A stretch of DNA of 64,000 nt, taken from positions 86,676,001 to 86,740,000 of the forward strand of contig OX597817.1 in NCBI GenBank assembly GCA_951406725.2, given 5' to 3'. A model generated the notes under the pieces. It was not told the DNA's origin and made no database searches. It was given only the letters and a program-made list of their open reading frames with translations. The DNA is from Octopus vulgaris (taxonomy: Eukaryota). The position numbers and the translations under genes were made by a program. Below, in pieces: positions 1 through 14,055 of this stretch (its first letter is position 1; the number at the start of each line of letters is the position of its first letter).

Positions 1-245
1 AAAGATAGATACATAAAATGAAACTGGATCTCTTCTTGTCAGGTATCCCAGATGAACCAACTTCACGGCAGGAGGTGCAGATGAGGGCAGCTGCATCGAA
101 CTCTCTCATGCACCAAATGGCAGTTGCTAAAAAGCATTCGTGAAGTAAAACCATGTAGCAACACCAGATGGCGGTGCCCAAGATTGGCCACAGCTCGTGA
201 GCTGAAACTAGATAAAATAAAATAAAATAAATAAATAAAATAAAA
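1..245 (+). mobile_element. 3' end of a LINE (CR1/L2-group-like ORF2 C-terminus plus 3'UTR)
   Basis: 18-143 reads MKLDLFLSGIPDEPTSRQEVQMRAAASNSLMHQM...stop. The tail GGCGGTGCCC..GGCCACAGCTC..GAGCTGAAAC is followed by (TAAAA)n. A second copy of the tail lies on the minus strand at about 43060-43150. Confidence 0.7.
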
Positions 246-299
246 TAGGTAATATATATATATACCTAAATGCATATATGATATACATTTGTGTGTGTG

Positions 300-334
<35 letters not shown>

Positions 335-625
335 CATGGACTCTCCCGTCGTTAAGCGATATATGAGGCTTCGGCACTTGCCAAGCAGCCTCACAGATAA
401 TTTGTTTATAGTGATCAAAAGTTTGTGTTCACATAAGCTTGTTCCCTTCATCAAATTGACATTACCTGTACAGGGGCACCGTGTGCCACATGTCAGATAC
501 CGAAGTGATCGCAGAGCAACATGAAATAAAGTACTTTGCTCAAGAACACAACGCAACGGTCTGGGAATCTAAACCACGATCTTACATTCGTGAGTATAGC
601 ACCCTAAACACTAAGCTATGCACCA
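335..625 (-). mobile_element. tRNA-derived SINE (family B-like)
   Basis: Minus-strand head GGTGCATAGCTTAGTGTTTAGGGTG...GTGGTTTAGATTCCCAGACC (A/B-box-like), similar to the copy at 14381. Confidence 0.6.
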
Positions 626-654
626 AATATATGTGTATGTGTGTGTGTATTTTA

Positions 655-881
655 CTCATTTATTTGTTTCATTCATTTGACTGCGGCCATGCTGGAGCAC
701 CGCCTTTAGTCCTGAAAATCGACCTCAGGACTTATTCTTCGTAAGCCTACAACTTATTCCCTAGTACTTATTCTATCGGCCTCGGGGACGTAAACACACG
801 AGCATCCGTTGTCAAGCGATGTTGGGGGGACAAACACAGACAAACAAACATACACACATATATATATATATACATACATAC

Positions 882-931
<50 letters not shown>

Positions 932-1098
932 ATATACGACGGGCTTCCTTCAGTTTCCGTCTACCAAATCCACTCACAAGGCTTTGGTCGGCCCGAGGCT
1001 ATAGTAGAAGACACTTGCCCTAGGTGCCACGCAGTGGGACTGAACCCAGAACCATGTAGTTGGTAAGCAAGCTACTTACCACACAGCCACTCCTACGC
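655..1098 (-). mobile_element. tRNA-derived SINE family A (dominant octopus-type SINE), full length
   Basis: Head GGAGTGGCTGTGTGGTAAGTAGCTTG...GGTTCAGTCCCACTGCGTGGCACC, internal TA/CA microsatellite, tail GGCGGTGCTCCAGCATGGCCGCAGTCAAATGA. About 18 full or partial copies in the window. Confidence 0.85.
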
Positions 1099-1137
1099 CT
1101 ATTTTATATATATTATATATATTATATGCGTGTGCGA

Positions 1138-1190
<53 letters not shown>

Positions 1191-1942
1191 CATACAAACG
1201 TACATAAATACACACACAGCCATACATACATATACATACATACATACATACATACATACATACATACATACATACATACATACATACATACATACATACA
1301 TGTATCATCAGCCACATCGAGGTTGCTATATTATCACCTGGTCCAAATCTGCCACAACTATCCTGCTAGCCTTCTACGATTACGACCAACGTCTACTATT
1401 TCTGTTACCGACAACGCAGCTTTCATAGCGAGAGCTCGTTATCGTTACGACTACCACCACATTTATTTATAGCATTGACAAACCAACAAACAAACAAAAA
1501 TTAATAATCCGAACATTTATTGCTAATATCCTCCTTTTTCGGTGTGTCTTTGTCTTGCCATTTGCGCGTATCAAAACCATTATAAATAATTGTTTTAAAA
1601 GTCGCTATATCAAAGCCATCATAAATATCATTTCTTTCGTGCCATCAATTGATAATTTAAACAGGTTGATTGGGTCAAAGGCGGAAAAAAAAATGTTAGG
1701 CTTTGAAACGGCTTAACCTCCTGATAAGTCTAAAAATATATTACAATAACAATAACGTGAGGAGAATGAAGCGTAACAAGTCAAGGTGGACAGGCTAACA
1801 GCTAATTGAAATAATTCTCTCTCACCATCTCTCTCTCTCCTTCTCTTCTTTCTCTCTCTCCTCTCCTCGTCTATCTCTCTCCATTCGTCTTTCTCACTCT
1901 CTCCTTATGTATGTATATATATATATATATATACACACACAC

Positions 1943-2030
<88 letters not shown>

Positions 2031-2576
2031 TTATATGTATATATGTATGTATATATAAATATATATATATATATGTGTGTGTGTGCGTGCACGTGTGTGT
2101 GTGTAAACACACGTCTGTATGTATATGTATAATTAGATGTGTGTGTGTTTGCGCCTGTGTGTATGTGCGCGTGCTTGTGTGTGTGCGTGTGCTTTTGTGT
2201 ATATGTATATATGGGATCACTTTTCTCCCTCTCTCTCATATTTTTCTCTTTCACCTTTCACTCTACCTTTATGTACGGCCAGTCTTCAAACACCAACTTT
2301 TGTTGAATACACTGTATACGGGGGTGGGATTTTTACACATTCCTGTTTGCTTTAGTGAATGCTATTAATAAAAATTATATCCGTTGACCGTGAACCGCCA
2401 TTTTAACAGGTGAACAAAATAGAACAGCAGAATCTTTAATTGTCCTCTAGGCCGAAATACAATGTCGCATGATAATAATACGCCAAAAAATATTTCACTA
2501 CAAACAGTGTGAATGTGTGTGTGTGTGTGTGTATGTGTGTGAGTGTGTGTGTGTGCGTGTGTGTGTGTGTGTGTGC

Positions 2577-2631
<55 letters not shown>

Positions 2632-2679
2632 TTTGTGTGTGTGTGTGTGTGTTTGTGTGTGTGTGTTTGTGTGTGTGTG

Positions 2680-2736
<57 letters not shown>

Positions 2737-3269
2737 TTTGTGTGTGTATGTTTGTGTGTGTGACTCTGTGTGTGTGTGTGTGTGTGAGTGCACGTTTTCG
2801 ACACACTGAAAACGAAATAACTTAGCTCTCGATACATTTTGGTTCACGCAGTTTTTGTTTATTTGAGATTTTTTCGGGGCAGAACGCACCCCCATCCTCA
2901 GATATTTTGAGTAGGAGTTGAAGAATTTAAAAGAAATTTTCAAAAGTCATGTGTAAGAATATTTGAGCCTCTATTGGTTAGTCTAGGTCTTTGCAGCAAT
3001 TCATTTCATTGTATGCACCCCATGTTTGAGCTGGTACTATATTGGTGTCACGCATTTGGCAATATGTAGAAGTTGATAGTTCAAACATGATTGCTACCTT
3101 GTAGCGAGATCCCTAATCACAGTAGGACTGCATGAAATGTCTTTATTGTCCTAAAGTAGCGGTAAAAAGGTCCAACAATCAAATACGAAAAATCTGAAAT
3201 AAAAGGGACAAAATTTGAACACAGTCCTGTATATAATGAAACATACACACACATACATGGACATATATG

Positions 3270-3475
3270 TACCGCGTGTGTACCGTTGGCGATTTTTTTC
3301 CTCTGTCTTCCCTTCTCTGGATCTTTCCTTCTCCTATGTTTCCGACGAAGAGCTCCGCTCGGAACGTTAAACCTTCCTTCTTTCCTTCTTTCCTGAGCGT
3401 CCAATAATACTATATTTGTTCCACGTCCTCGCATTGTTGTGTTTTTTTGTGCTTTAATGATTGGATTAACTTTAT
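3270..3475 (+). mobile_element. PLE terminal repeat (family H1) with a hammerhead-like motif at 3338-3372
   Basis: GTTT-CCGACGA-A-GAGC/GCTC-GGAAC-GTT-AAAC. Near-identical to 38920-39120 and to the reverse complement of 42140-42330. Confidence 0.7.
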
Positions 3476-3975
3476 GTATGTATGTATGCATTTATACATT
3501 ATGTATGTATAAATATATATCTATAATCGGTCAGTTATCCATAAGTCTAGAAAAAGGAACATCCTAAGAAAGTTTTTGAGCAGAAATATTTTACGTAGCC
3601 GTTGATTATGGCCAGTCAGAGGTGAGGAAGTTACCGTTAGTTTTATGTCTATTATTGTTCTTAACAATATAGGTAACTCATCAGACTTGTTGGAGATATG
3701 AAACCGAGGGTAAATTTTATCTCGGCCATAACCAACGACCACATAAATATTTATAGTGTAGGTTCTGGTGGGTAGATAATCGATATAAATGATTATCCGC
3801 AAATATTGCATAATTTTTCATATGAAACCATTTAATTGCAATAACGTTACAAACGGGAGGACATCGAAACGATTGTAACTAATGTATTAAACTAATTCTC
3901 CGTTTTCTGAATTGGAACATACATGCATACATACATACATACATACATACATACATACATACATACATACATACA

Positions 3976-4009
<34 letters not shown>

Positions 4010-4211
4010 CGTATGTAGGTAGGTAGGTAGGTAGGTAGGTAGGTAGGTAGGTAAGTGGGGCATGGATGGATGGATGGATGGATGGATGGATGGATGGATG
4101 GATGGATGGATGGATGAAAGGATGGATGGACAGGCAGATAGACAGGTAGGTAGGAAGATAGGTAGGTGGGTAGGTAGGTAGGTAGGTAGATACATACATA
4201 CATACACAGGC

Positions 4212-4324
<113 letters not shown>

Positions 4325-4697
4325 TGCATATACATGTATTAGCTTTATATGTGTTCGTACGTGTATATACATATGTATATGTATGTATTTGCTTTACACT
4401 TGTTTGTGCGAATATGTATGTGTATGCATATGTGTATATGCACGTGCGTGCGAGCATGTAATATGTGTTTTTATTTGTAGCCGTCGTTATGAACAGATGC
4501 TGTTGTAATCGTTGAAAATCTGTGTGCAAATAGCATTATAGAGTTTATACAATAATTAATTTCATAAAACTGGCTCTTACAAAATAACCATCTGGTTCGC
4601 CGAAGGCTCTTGGGAGAAAAAATAATAATGAGATGATTAGCGAAATGTGAAAGATGGGAAAATTAAGATAATAGAAACTATGACTAAGCAAAATCAT

Positions 4698-4742
<45 letters not shown>

Positions 4743-5808
4743 ACACACATATATGCATTATGTTTGTACGCATGTATGTATGTATGTATGTATGTATGTA
4801 TGTATGTATGTATGCATGCATGCATGTATGCGTTGAATTGTGCCGAACGAATAACAGGGATGCACTCAATACATGCTTCAATAATATGTTTATATGTTTG
4901 TATATGCTTGTATGTTTGTATATGTACATATATTTGCGTTTATGTTTGCATGCACGTATATTAAAGTAAAGAATCCAGGTGAATACTTTATAAGCACTTT
5001 GTAGATATCAAATCCAGTTAACTGACTTGCCCAGTGAATCTCGCAGTAATCCATATATGTTGTAAATTCACCAGTCCTATCTGTAAATCCGAAGTTCAAA
5101 CATTGAATGTATTCAGTTTAAATTCAGTGTATAGTCGAAGAGAATAATATAAAAAACACAAAAGAATTGAGATTTATTCATACTTTATCAGTTACGTACG
5201 TTTCAAATAGAATAGCACATCCCAAAATGCTGTAATGCAACGTTTATATACATTCAGTCGATTCTATATTTGAGCTATTAAATGCTACAGAGAAGTCAAT
5301 ACCAGCCTATTGTTATCAAAGGTTTATCACCACTGCTTATATTGTAGACCATTTTTTAGGGGATAAGTAGTAAATTTGAGTCAACTTGTCCCCTTATTTA
5401 TACTTGACCGCTTTATCGGTCTAAGGAGTAGGGAGTATTTGATCTTTAATGTTTAATTTTCATTATTTTTTAAATTTATAATATAGTTTATACTTCTTCT
5501 TAAGACTAGCTTACTGATGATATACTTGAGAATCTAATTAAATGACAAGTATCAATCAATCAATGTAAGTAACCGCTGATTTAATTTAGTCTTTTATTTA
5601 GCATTATATCTTATCTTTAAAATTATTTTATCTGATGTATCTTATATAAGTCTTATATAAGTCTGAATACTATATATTTCATAAAAATGTATAATATTCT
5701 CAAATGAAACGGAATAATCCTCTTAATGATTATTTTAATATTGTTCTTTTAGAATTCTCATTAATCAAGCTTGTCTTACTCTATTCCTTATAGGTATATA
5801 TATATATA

Positions 5809-6374
5809 TTGGGTTGCCCGGAAAGTTCTTGCCGATTTTTAAAGGAAAGAAAAAGATCAATAAATACATGCCATTACATTTTTAATCATCTAAATATGAA
5901 CCATTTTGTTGCACAGTGCGTCTCCATCTTTCCTTTAACTTGAAAATACCCTCTTCCCAGAAATGAGGTGGTTTCATGGCAAAGAATTCATCAAGGTATC
6001 TTTTTACGTCATCCAAAGAATTGAAATTTTTACTATTAAGACTATCCTGCAGAGACCTGAATAAGTGGAAATCCGAAGGAGCAATATCTAGTGAATATGG
6101 AGGATGGGGTAACACATCCCAGCCAAGCTGCAGTAATTTTTGTCTCATTCCCAAAGCATTAAGTGCCGAAAATGAACTTTCTTATCTTCCATTTTAAAGG
6201 GTTACAGAATTAACACAGGGTATAGGAACATAAACCTTCTTCCACGAAAAGATAGCTTAAACTGTGTTCTAAATGGGGGTGTAGTCAAATCCTATTTTAT
6301 AGAGTCAACCATGTTCTAAAATAAGTCGAAAAGTAAGCTACTATAAGTCGGCACGAACTTTCCGGACAGCCCAA
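5809..6374 (-). mobile_element. Internally deleted mariner element
   Basis: About 27-bp imperfect TIRs (TTGGGTTGCCCGGAAAGTTC / reverse complement TTGGGCTGTCCGGAAAGTTC), TA flanks. N-terminal MEDKKVHFRHLMLW is joined to C-terminal LGWDVLPHPPYSLDIAPSDFHLFRSLQ...GSY. Confidence 0.9.
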
Positions 6375-6455
6375 TATATATATATATATATATATAACGG
6401 CAACGGGAAACTCAGAGTAACAGGTTTTGTTGAATTTTCTGCTGCTTTAAATAAA

Positions 6456-6548
<93 letters not shown>

Positions 6549-6552
6549 ACAC

Positions 6553-6583
<31 letters not shown>

Positions 6584-6621
6584 TGTATGTATGTATGTAT
6601 GTATGTATGTACGTACGTATA

Positions 6622-6837
6622 CGACGGGGTACTGAAAAGTTCCTGTCTTTAACAGTATCGCGAAAGGCCTGGCTGGAGGCACAACCTTCCGAGTCCTTTT
6701 ACATGGATTATGAAAACTGAATGACCGCTTCAATAGGTGTGTGAATCTGAGAGAGAATATGTTGAATAAAATCATAATTAATTGATCCTCCTGTATTTTC
6801 TTTTACCCAGAGCCAGGAACTTTTCAGCAACCCCTCG
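6622..6837 (+). mobile_element. Mariner-derived MITE (irritans-like TIR)
   Basis: TIRs CGACGGGGTACTGAAAAGTTCCTG / CAGGAACTTTTCAGCAACCCCTCG, TA flanks. Internal remnant of the transposase C-terminus (..RCVNL..EYVE*). Confidence 0.8.
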
Positions 6838-7144
6838 TATAAATATATATGTGGTGGGGGCGGAGTTTTTTCTGTTACTGTCAGTTTTTTTTAATTTAAA
6901 ATTAAGTGAAAATTTTCGAAATTGGTATATCGATGTAATTTTTCACGCTGAATATAATATTTTTGAAAAATGTTATAGAGGTTTAAAGTGCGATCATTTT
7001 TACCTCATCAGAATACAGGATTTGAAAGCTGGAACTTTCTGTATGATTACAAATGAAGGCAAAACATTAAGACGACGAATTTTTATTAAGCAAAATGAAA
7101 GAAAAACATTACGACAATAAAAGTAGTAAGAAGGCTCGCGGTGC

Positions 7145-7505
7145 AGGCGTGGTAATAGCTGTGTGGTAAGCAGCCTACTTCCCAACCGCAAGGTTCGGGG
7201 TTCATTCCCATTGCAAGGCACCTTGGGCTAGTGTCTTCTACTATAGCCTCAGGTTGACCAAAGCCTTGTGAGTGGATGTAGTAGACGGAAACTGTAAGAA
7301 TCCTGTTGTATGTGTGTGTCCCCCACCACCTCTTGACAACCGGTGTTGGTGTGTTTGTGTTCCGGTAACTTAGCTTTTGGCAAAAGGAGTTCGATAGAAT
7401 AAGTACCAGATTTTTTTTTTAAGTACTAGGGTTGATTTATTTGACTAAAACCTCTTCAAAGTGATGCCCCAGCATGGCCGCATTTTAATTACTGAAACTA
7501 GTAAA
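7145..7505 (+). mobile_element. SINE family A copy
   Basis: Head, central region and tail align by eye with 655-1098. Confidence 0.8.
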
Positions 7506-7622
7506 AACAATTTTTAAAGTTTTGGAGTTTTGATAAGTTTTAATGAACAAAGTCATGTAGAACGGGTTTAGGGTAGGAATTTTTGGCGACCCATGTCTTT
7601 ACCGATTTTGCTGTTGGAATAT

Positions 7623-8260
7623 TCAAGGCCTGTCTACATACCATTGCTGTACTTGTGGTATTAGTCTACTTCTAAGTACTTCGATGTAGCTGTCTTGGTT
7701 CATAGAACCTTCAATTATTTTCAGGCAACTAGTTCCATGGGCAGAAATTGTCCCCCAAACCATAATTTTCTGTGGAAAATTTAGTGTTTTTGAAAACATC
7801 CCGGACGAAATTCCGCACCAAGCCTCCTTCTCACACTTTGCACCCAATCATCGAGCACTGCTATGGTGGATTCATTCGAAAACACCACCAGCAACAACTG
7901 AAAACCATATTTGATTAATAGGACATCCAGAATAAGTTATTGTTTCAGTCTAGACAATCAGAAATTAATAGCTATTTTTAAATAATCTTACTACAAGATG
8001 CGCTTCTATTATTGAGGGAAATTTAATTTTATTTTTCTATCAATCCTAGGGATTGTTACTCGTTTCCTACCACAGTTACCAGCCGTTTTTGCCATCAAAT
8101 CCTCGTTCTTTTACATTTTTTTTCTTTTCTTAATTGCATTAATTGTCCTTGTTGAAACATTTAGTATCTTTATCATTTTTCTCTGTTTAACTGAGACATC
8201 CCTCAAATACACTTCTATTTATCCAATTTTATGGGGACTAAGATCTCTTTGTTTACCTAT
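7623..8260 (-). pseudogene. Degenerate Tc1-family transposase
   Basis: GKQRDLSPHKIG...GNCGRKRVTIPRIDRK (N-terminal HTH region), VVFSNESTI, and KIMVWGTISAHGTSCLKIIEGSMNQDSYIEVLRSRLIP (DDE region). Contains stops and deletions. Confidence 0.8.
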
Positions 8261-9844
8261 CTTGGCCTGGAATTGAAATAACACGCTTTTACACTTTAAG
8301 AGCAACTTGTTACATGAATTTGCAACAAATACAACACAGAGTAACTAAAAAGTCATTAGAACACAAACAAGCACCCTACACTGACCACTACTCGACTAAA
8401 ACTGAAGGAAACGTGGGCTGCAACAGCTGGGCGACAACAGCTGGACCGCATAATGCAAGTCAGTGTTGTCACACAACAGAAGCTCATTATTGCCAGATGT
8501 CACTAGAAACCTCTATAAGCCACAGCTAAACTCAAAGTCAGAGAACGTACAGTCGTAATTGTGTGAAAAAGTAACATGATTTAAGCTCATTTGTCTCATT
8601 TAAATAATAATGTTTCCAATACTGAATTCTGGACACTTACGAAAACATCAGAAAGCAGAGCAGACTACATGAAGCATGCACCAAGATGTTAAGGAGAGTG
8701 GAAAGCATTTTTTGCAAGCAACATTTACGAAAAAGTGTACTATATGGAAATATACTACTGCAACCTGAAATATACCACAATTATTAACAAAAACCACCAA
8801 ACAACGGAATAGAAAGTAGATTGAATGGAACATACACGAAGATGTTAAAGAGGGAAAAGAACGTTTCTTGAAGACAACCGTTACTAGACAATGTTTACTT
8901 ATCAACAGAAACCATCGAAAAATGCAGACTTAATTTTTAGAGTACTGTTAGTGAAGAAAAGATGAAGTTATACACAAACTATTACTAAGGGAACCAGTAC
9001 GCGGTAAAAAAAGAAAAAAGAAGCAAGCTTTTCGTTGACGTTATTAGAAGATATAAATATTGAATCAAGCTATGTTGGAGAAGAGGAAATGGCGAAGAAT
9101 ACGCAAGTATGGAAGAGACTAGTCAATGAAATCAGAGTGCGCTGGACATCACACACACAGATATACGCGTGTACACGCGCGCACACACACATACACATAT
9201 GCATGCACATCTGTGTATAAATGTGAGTGTATGCATCATGCTATGTAATATGTGTGTGCATGCGTGTTGCGCGCGTACGTATACGTACATACACACATAT
9301 ATTTGTATGCCTATGTAGATATATGCAAATTAATAGCTCCAGTTCTCTGTAGTTATTTCAATTGTTTAGTATATAAACTGACTGACCGCTTGTATTTTTC
9401 GACATTCGTCAAACGCATGTAGCGTCCCCAAAGTCCATCCCCTCCTCACCGTGGTGGGGACGCTGGCAACGGGTAGTGTCAAATGTCTCTACATGCGGGA
9501 TTGTTTGGGGACCGCTTGTCAAATACACATATTCCCACGAAACTTCTTCCATGAATTCTCAATGGCGAATACAATGCCTCGAGGGTGGTGGAAGAAGCCG
9601 ACTCAACCCGCCCAGGGTGAATGTCGCCACAAGTACAAGTAAGTCCTCCCTGATAAAACCCAATAATGTTCAAAAATCGATTAAGGCTGTTCATTTTCTT
9701 TTTCTTTTGTTTCTCTCAATCTACGAAAAAATAGCTAAATGAGCCCTGTTTATATATATATCTACTACATAGATGATGAAGGGTAAAGCACCCCTTCGGT
9801 CATAAGTGACCATGGGATTGTACCGAGAAAGTTCCCCTCCGAGG

Positions 9845-10193
9845 CTAACCAACCACATGGATCCGGGTTCAGTCCCACTGCGTGACACCTTGTACAAGTA
9901 TCTTCTACTATAGCCATGGGATGACCAAAGCCTTGTGAATGGATTTGGTAGACGGAAACTGAAAGAAGCCCGTCATATGTGTGTATGTGTGTGTGCGTGT
10001 GTTTCCCTCCATCATTGCTTGACAACTGATGTTGGTGTATTTACGTCCCCGTAACTTTGCGGTTCGGCAAAAGAGACCGATAGAATAAGTACTAGGCTTA
10101 CAAAGAATAAGTCCTAGGGCCGAGTTATTCGACTAAAGACGGTGCTCCAGCATGGCCGCAGTCAAGTGACTTAAAAAATAAAAGAATAAAAGA

Positions 10194-10195
<2 letters not shown>
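9845..10195 (+). mobile_element. SINE family A copy, 5' truncated
   Basis: Matches family A body and tail. Confidence 0.8.
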
Positions 10196-10224
<29 letters not shown>

Positions 10225-11445
10225 TGTATGTATGTATGTATGTATGTATGTATGTATGTATGTATTGCTAGCACTGCATTTCGGCATTGCCCGCGTGTTG
10301 TGACCTACAGCCACATTGTATTATTCGTTTCTTACTTATGGGCAGAATTGGCACAGCTGATATATAGTGAACTGGATTACTGGTGTAATGAAAGTTATTG
10401 TTTGCTTAAAAGTGAAGGGGTGGGTACAATTTCCATGGATTTGCATGAAAGTGCTCTCTGTTCTTAAGAAGGATCACAAACTATGTATTGTTTTATCGTA
10501 TAAGAGGGGGTTAATACGATTTTGCTCAGAAATCACGTTTTCAAAATTTTGATTTCCCCCCGTCCCCACCGCAATTTCTAAATTTGTAACTTTTTTCGAA
10601 TTTCTTTTTTATCCATGTAGAAAAATACAGAGATTATGAATCTAAGAAATTTTTTTTTTTTAATTTAACTTTTCGTAAAGAAACACTCAATGACCCATTC
10701 CCCCACCTCACCCACCCATCACCTATCCGCCTTCAAAACGCTAAAACTTCCCAATATTCCACTTTCGTCTGATGTTTCAAGCATGTGTAAAATTGTACTG
10801 AAATAGCAGATGTAAAAACTATCAGACCACCACCAGAAAACCCGACATGCTAGAAACAAAAGGTAAACGACATTATTTCTAAAGAAACTTCACTGTTTTC
10901 CAAAAAGTTAGAAATGAAACATTAGGAGGAGTTTGTAGCTTTTTGAAAGTGGTGAGGTGATGGGTGGATGTTTGGGGAGATTTTAGTATTTCTTTAAGAA
11001 AAAACAAAGAAGAAAAAATTCTGAAAGATTCTTACTCTGTGTTTATTCCTCCGTCGATTACCAAGTAAAAATTTCGAAAAAAGTAAAAGATGGAGAAATT
11101 GGGGAGGGGTTTGGATGGAGAAAATTAATATATTGAGAATGTGTTTGTTGGGTGAAATCCTAATCTCGTGTATCAAAAACATAGGAATCAGAAGAAATTT
11201 AGGAAAAAAACCATGTGGGGTGGCACAAATGTCACCACGACATGCTAGATGCAACAGGTAAAGGACAGGATTTCTGAGAAAACTTCCTTTGAAGTTTATA
11301 CTGAAGATCAGGTTTTTAAATAGTCATCACAAACACGAATCACAGGATAGAATAAGGTAATTTCAATTGGATTTGAGGTGTAATTTTGCGCGTGCACACA
11401 AGAAATAATATAATTCATACGGACGTTTTACCTAGAAAGAGAGAG

Positions 11446-11569
<124 letters not shown>

Positions 11570-12328
11570 TGTGTGTGTGAGCGCGCGCATGCGTGTGTGT
11601 GCCAAAGGAAGTTATTTTATGGCATTCTTTCGTTTGAAGCAAGGTTGTCTACTCGATCATTTAGTCGATCGCTTGGGATCATATGATTGTTCGTTAATTT
11701 CCGTAAAAAGTTTTATTTCTTTATGCTTTGACGAGAGCAGAAATTGAACAGGAGGAGAAAGTGAAAAGTAACATTTGCTTTGAAGTGAGAGCAGAAAGTG
11801 AAAGAGAGGAGAAAGTGGAAGATCTATATACATGTATATGAAATGGACGTGTGTGCGCGCGTGTGCGTGTGTGAGAGAGACAGAGAGAGAAAGAGAGAGA
11901 GTGATTGAAGGTGTGTGTTCTTGTATGTATCTTTTGTATATATGTGTAAGTGGTACTCTTTCGGTCTCTGTCTGTTTTTCACACACATACACTAACTTTC
12001 ATATACACGTACATAAATACATATGCATACATCTTTTTTGTATATATGTGTGCGTGTGCATTTGAGAGAGAGAGAGAGAGTGAGTGACTGTATTTCCTCA
12101 CACCATATAGAGACGTGGATGTTTTTAAGGTACACACTTGACGTCATCGTCGTATAAAACGTTTACGATAGTTGACTTATAGAAAAGATTATAATGTTAA
12201 ATTTTGTAATGCAAATATGTAAATGAAAATACAGTATATTTGATAGCCGAAGTATTACTAAAACTTTTGATACCCCATACATCGGCAACTCAGTTTTCGA
12301 ATGCTTAAGGATATACGCGCGCGCACTC

Positions 12329-12369
<41 letters not shown>

Positions 12370-12374
12370 CACTC

Positions 12375-12441
<67 letters not shown>

Positions 12442-12642
12442 GTGTGTGTGTGTGGATAAATAAACTTTGGAAGCGTCGAATGTGTTTACTATTTAACAGA
12501 CAACAAAGTAAAAATCGAACGCAATATAGTTGTGGAAACAGCAGGAAGATTTTTTTTCCGTCTTATACGAATAAATACCCAATCTTTCTGTTGTTTTCAC
12601 TGTTATATTGCGTTCAAAATTTAATTTCTTGTCTCTAAAATT

Positions 12643-12735
<93 letters not shown>

Positions 12736-13524
12736 ACATGTGCATACGTTAGAGTGCGTGAGTGTGTGTGTGTATGTGTGTGTGTGTGTGTGTATGTCCA
12801 TATATGTAAGTTTGTAATTTGTAATAATGAAGTCAAACCAAATAATAGAATTTTGAAAACGTTTAATACGTATTTTTAAGATTTTGCATAATATATAATA
12901 GGAAATACATCCCCTTATACAAAACCTTCTTCACTTAATACATTTCAATACATACATACATACATACATACATACATACATACATACATACATACATACA
13001 TACATACATACATACATACATACATGTATATACACACGCATACACAAACAAGTATATATGTGTTGTATGTATATTATGTGTGTGTGTATGTATGTATTTA
13101 TGTATTTATGTATGTTTGCATACACACACACACACATGCATACACACGCACACACAGACACACGAAAGACTGAATGAATTAGTGTATGTCAAGTTATAAG
13201 TAATTTATTTTAAATGCTTTGTTAATGTTTTTTTTAATTTTACAGTCCTTTTAACTGTTTTCATTAAACGGCTAAAACTATGCAGAGTTATTTTTTCCTG
13301 TAATGTTTATGTTTTGACTACTGAAAACAGTTTCTCATGATTTCATATAAGTGTTTATGTTATTCTTCCTAGTTTAAATGTACAGCAGCTGTTGCTTCTA
13401 CCTTGTGCTGTCTTATGTCAAACACTATATGACCAATATTTACCGTAGGTCATAACTGTCATATTTTATCGGTTGTTTGGGAAAAGAAACTTAAGCAGTT
13501 GTGATTCATACTACTGCATACTCA

Positions 13525-13799
13525 GGCGGAGGTAATGAATACGCACACCACCCTTTTTCGGCGTAACCCTAATCCTAACCCTAAACTCTAACCTTAAACC
13601 CAACCCTAACCCTAAACTCTAACCTTAAACCCAACCCTAGCCCTCAACCCTAATCCTAACCCCTAACCCTAACCCTCAACCCTTACACTAACCCTAACTC
13701 CTAACCCTAACCTTAAACCCTAACCCTGAACCCTAACCCTAATCCTAACCCTAATCCTAACCCTTAAACACCGGGAGTGCGTATTTTTTTACCTTCGCC
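13525..13799. mobile_element. GG-ended MITE filled with degenerate (CCCTAA)n telomere-like repeats
   Basis: TIR GGCGGAGGTAATGAATACGCAC vs reverse complement GGCGAAGGTAAAAAAATACGCAC. Flanks CATACTCA / CATATTCT (6/8 match, putative 8-bp TSD). About 200 bp of AACCCT variants inside. Confidence 0.75.
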
Positions 13800-13896
13800 C
13801 ATATTCTTTCATACACCCAAAATATTACCACATCTTTTTTTTTTTTACATCCATCATCAGTGGCTTGTAACTTCAAATGGTGTAATTTCTTCTGAA

Positions 13897-14055
13897 ATGA
13901 AAAGAAAAAGCCTCATGCTGGAGGTAAAATTGTGTCTAGGAGATTCGAAGCTGGCGAAAGTCAGTTGAATATGAGTAAGACTTTAAACTTGAACACATCA
14001 ACGATTAGAAGTATCGTGATGAAAATGCGGACGAAATAAAACTTTCAGCCAGGTG
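13897..14055 (+). pseudogene. pogo/Tigger transposase N-terminal HTH fragment
   Basis: KRKSLMLEVKL / RRFEAGESQLNMSKTLNLNTSTIRSIV / NADEIK, frameshifted. Confidence 0.7.

Noticed and set aside
3625-3695. Minus-strand CTGATGA followed by stem GTTACC/GGTAAC
   Set aside because: No GAAA after the stem, so the hammerhead core is incomplete.
13560-13770. True telomere or chromosome fusion scar
   Set aside because: The array is short, degenerate and enclosed by TIRs with a putative TSD.
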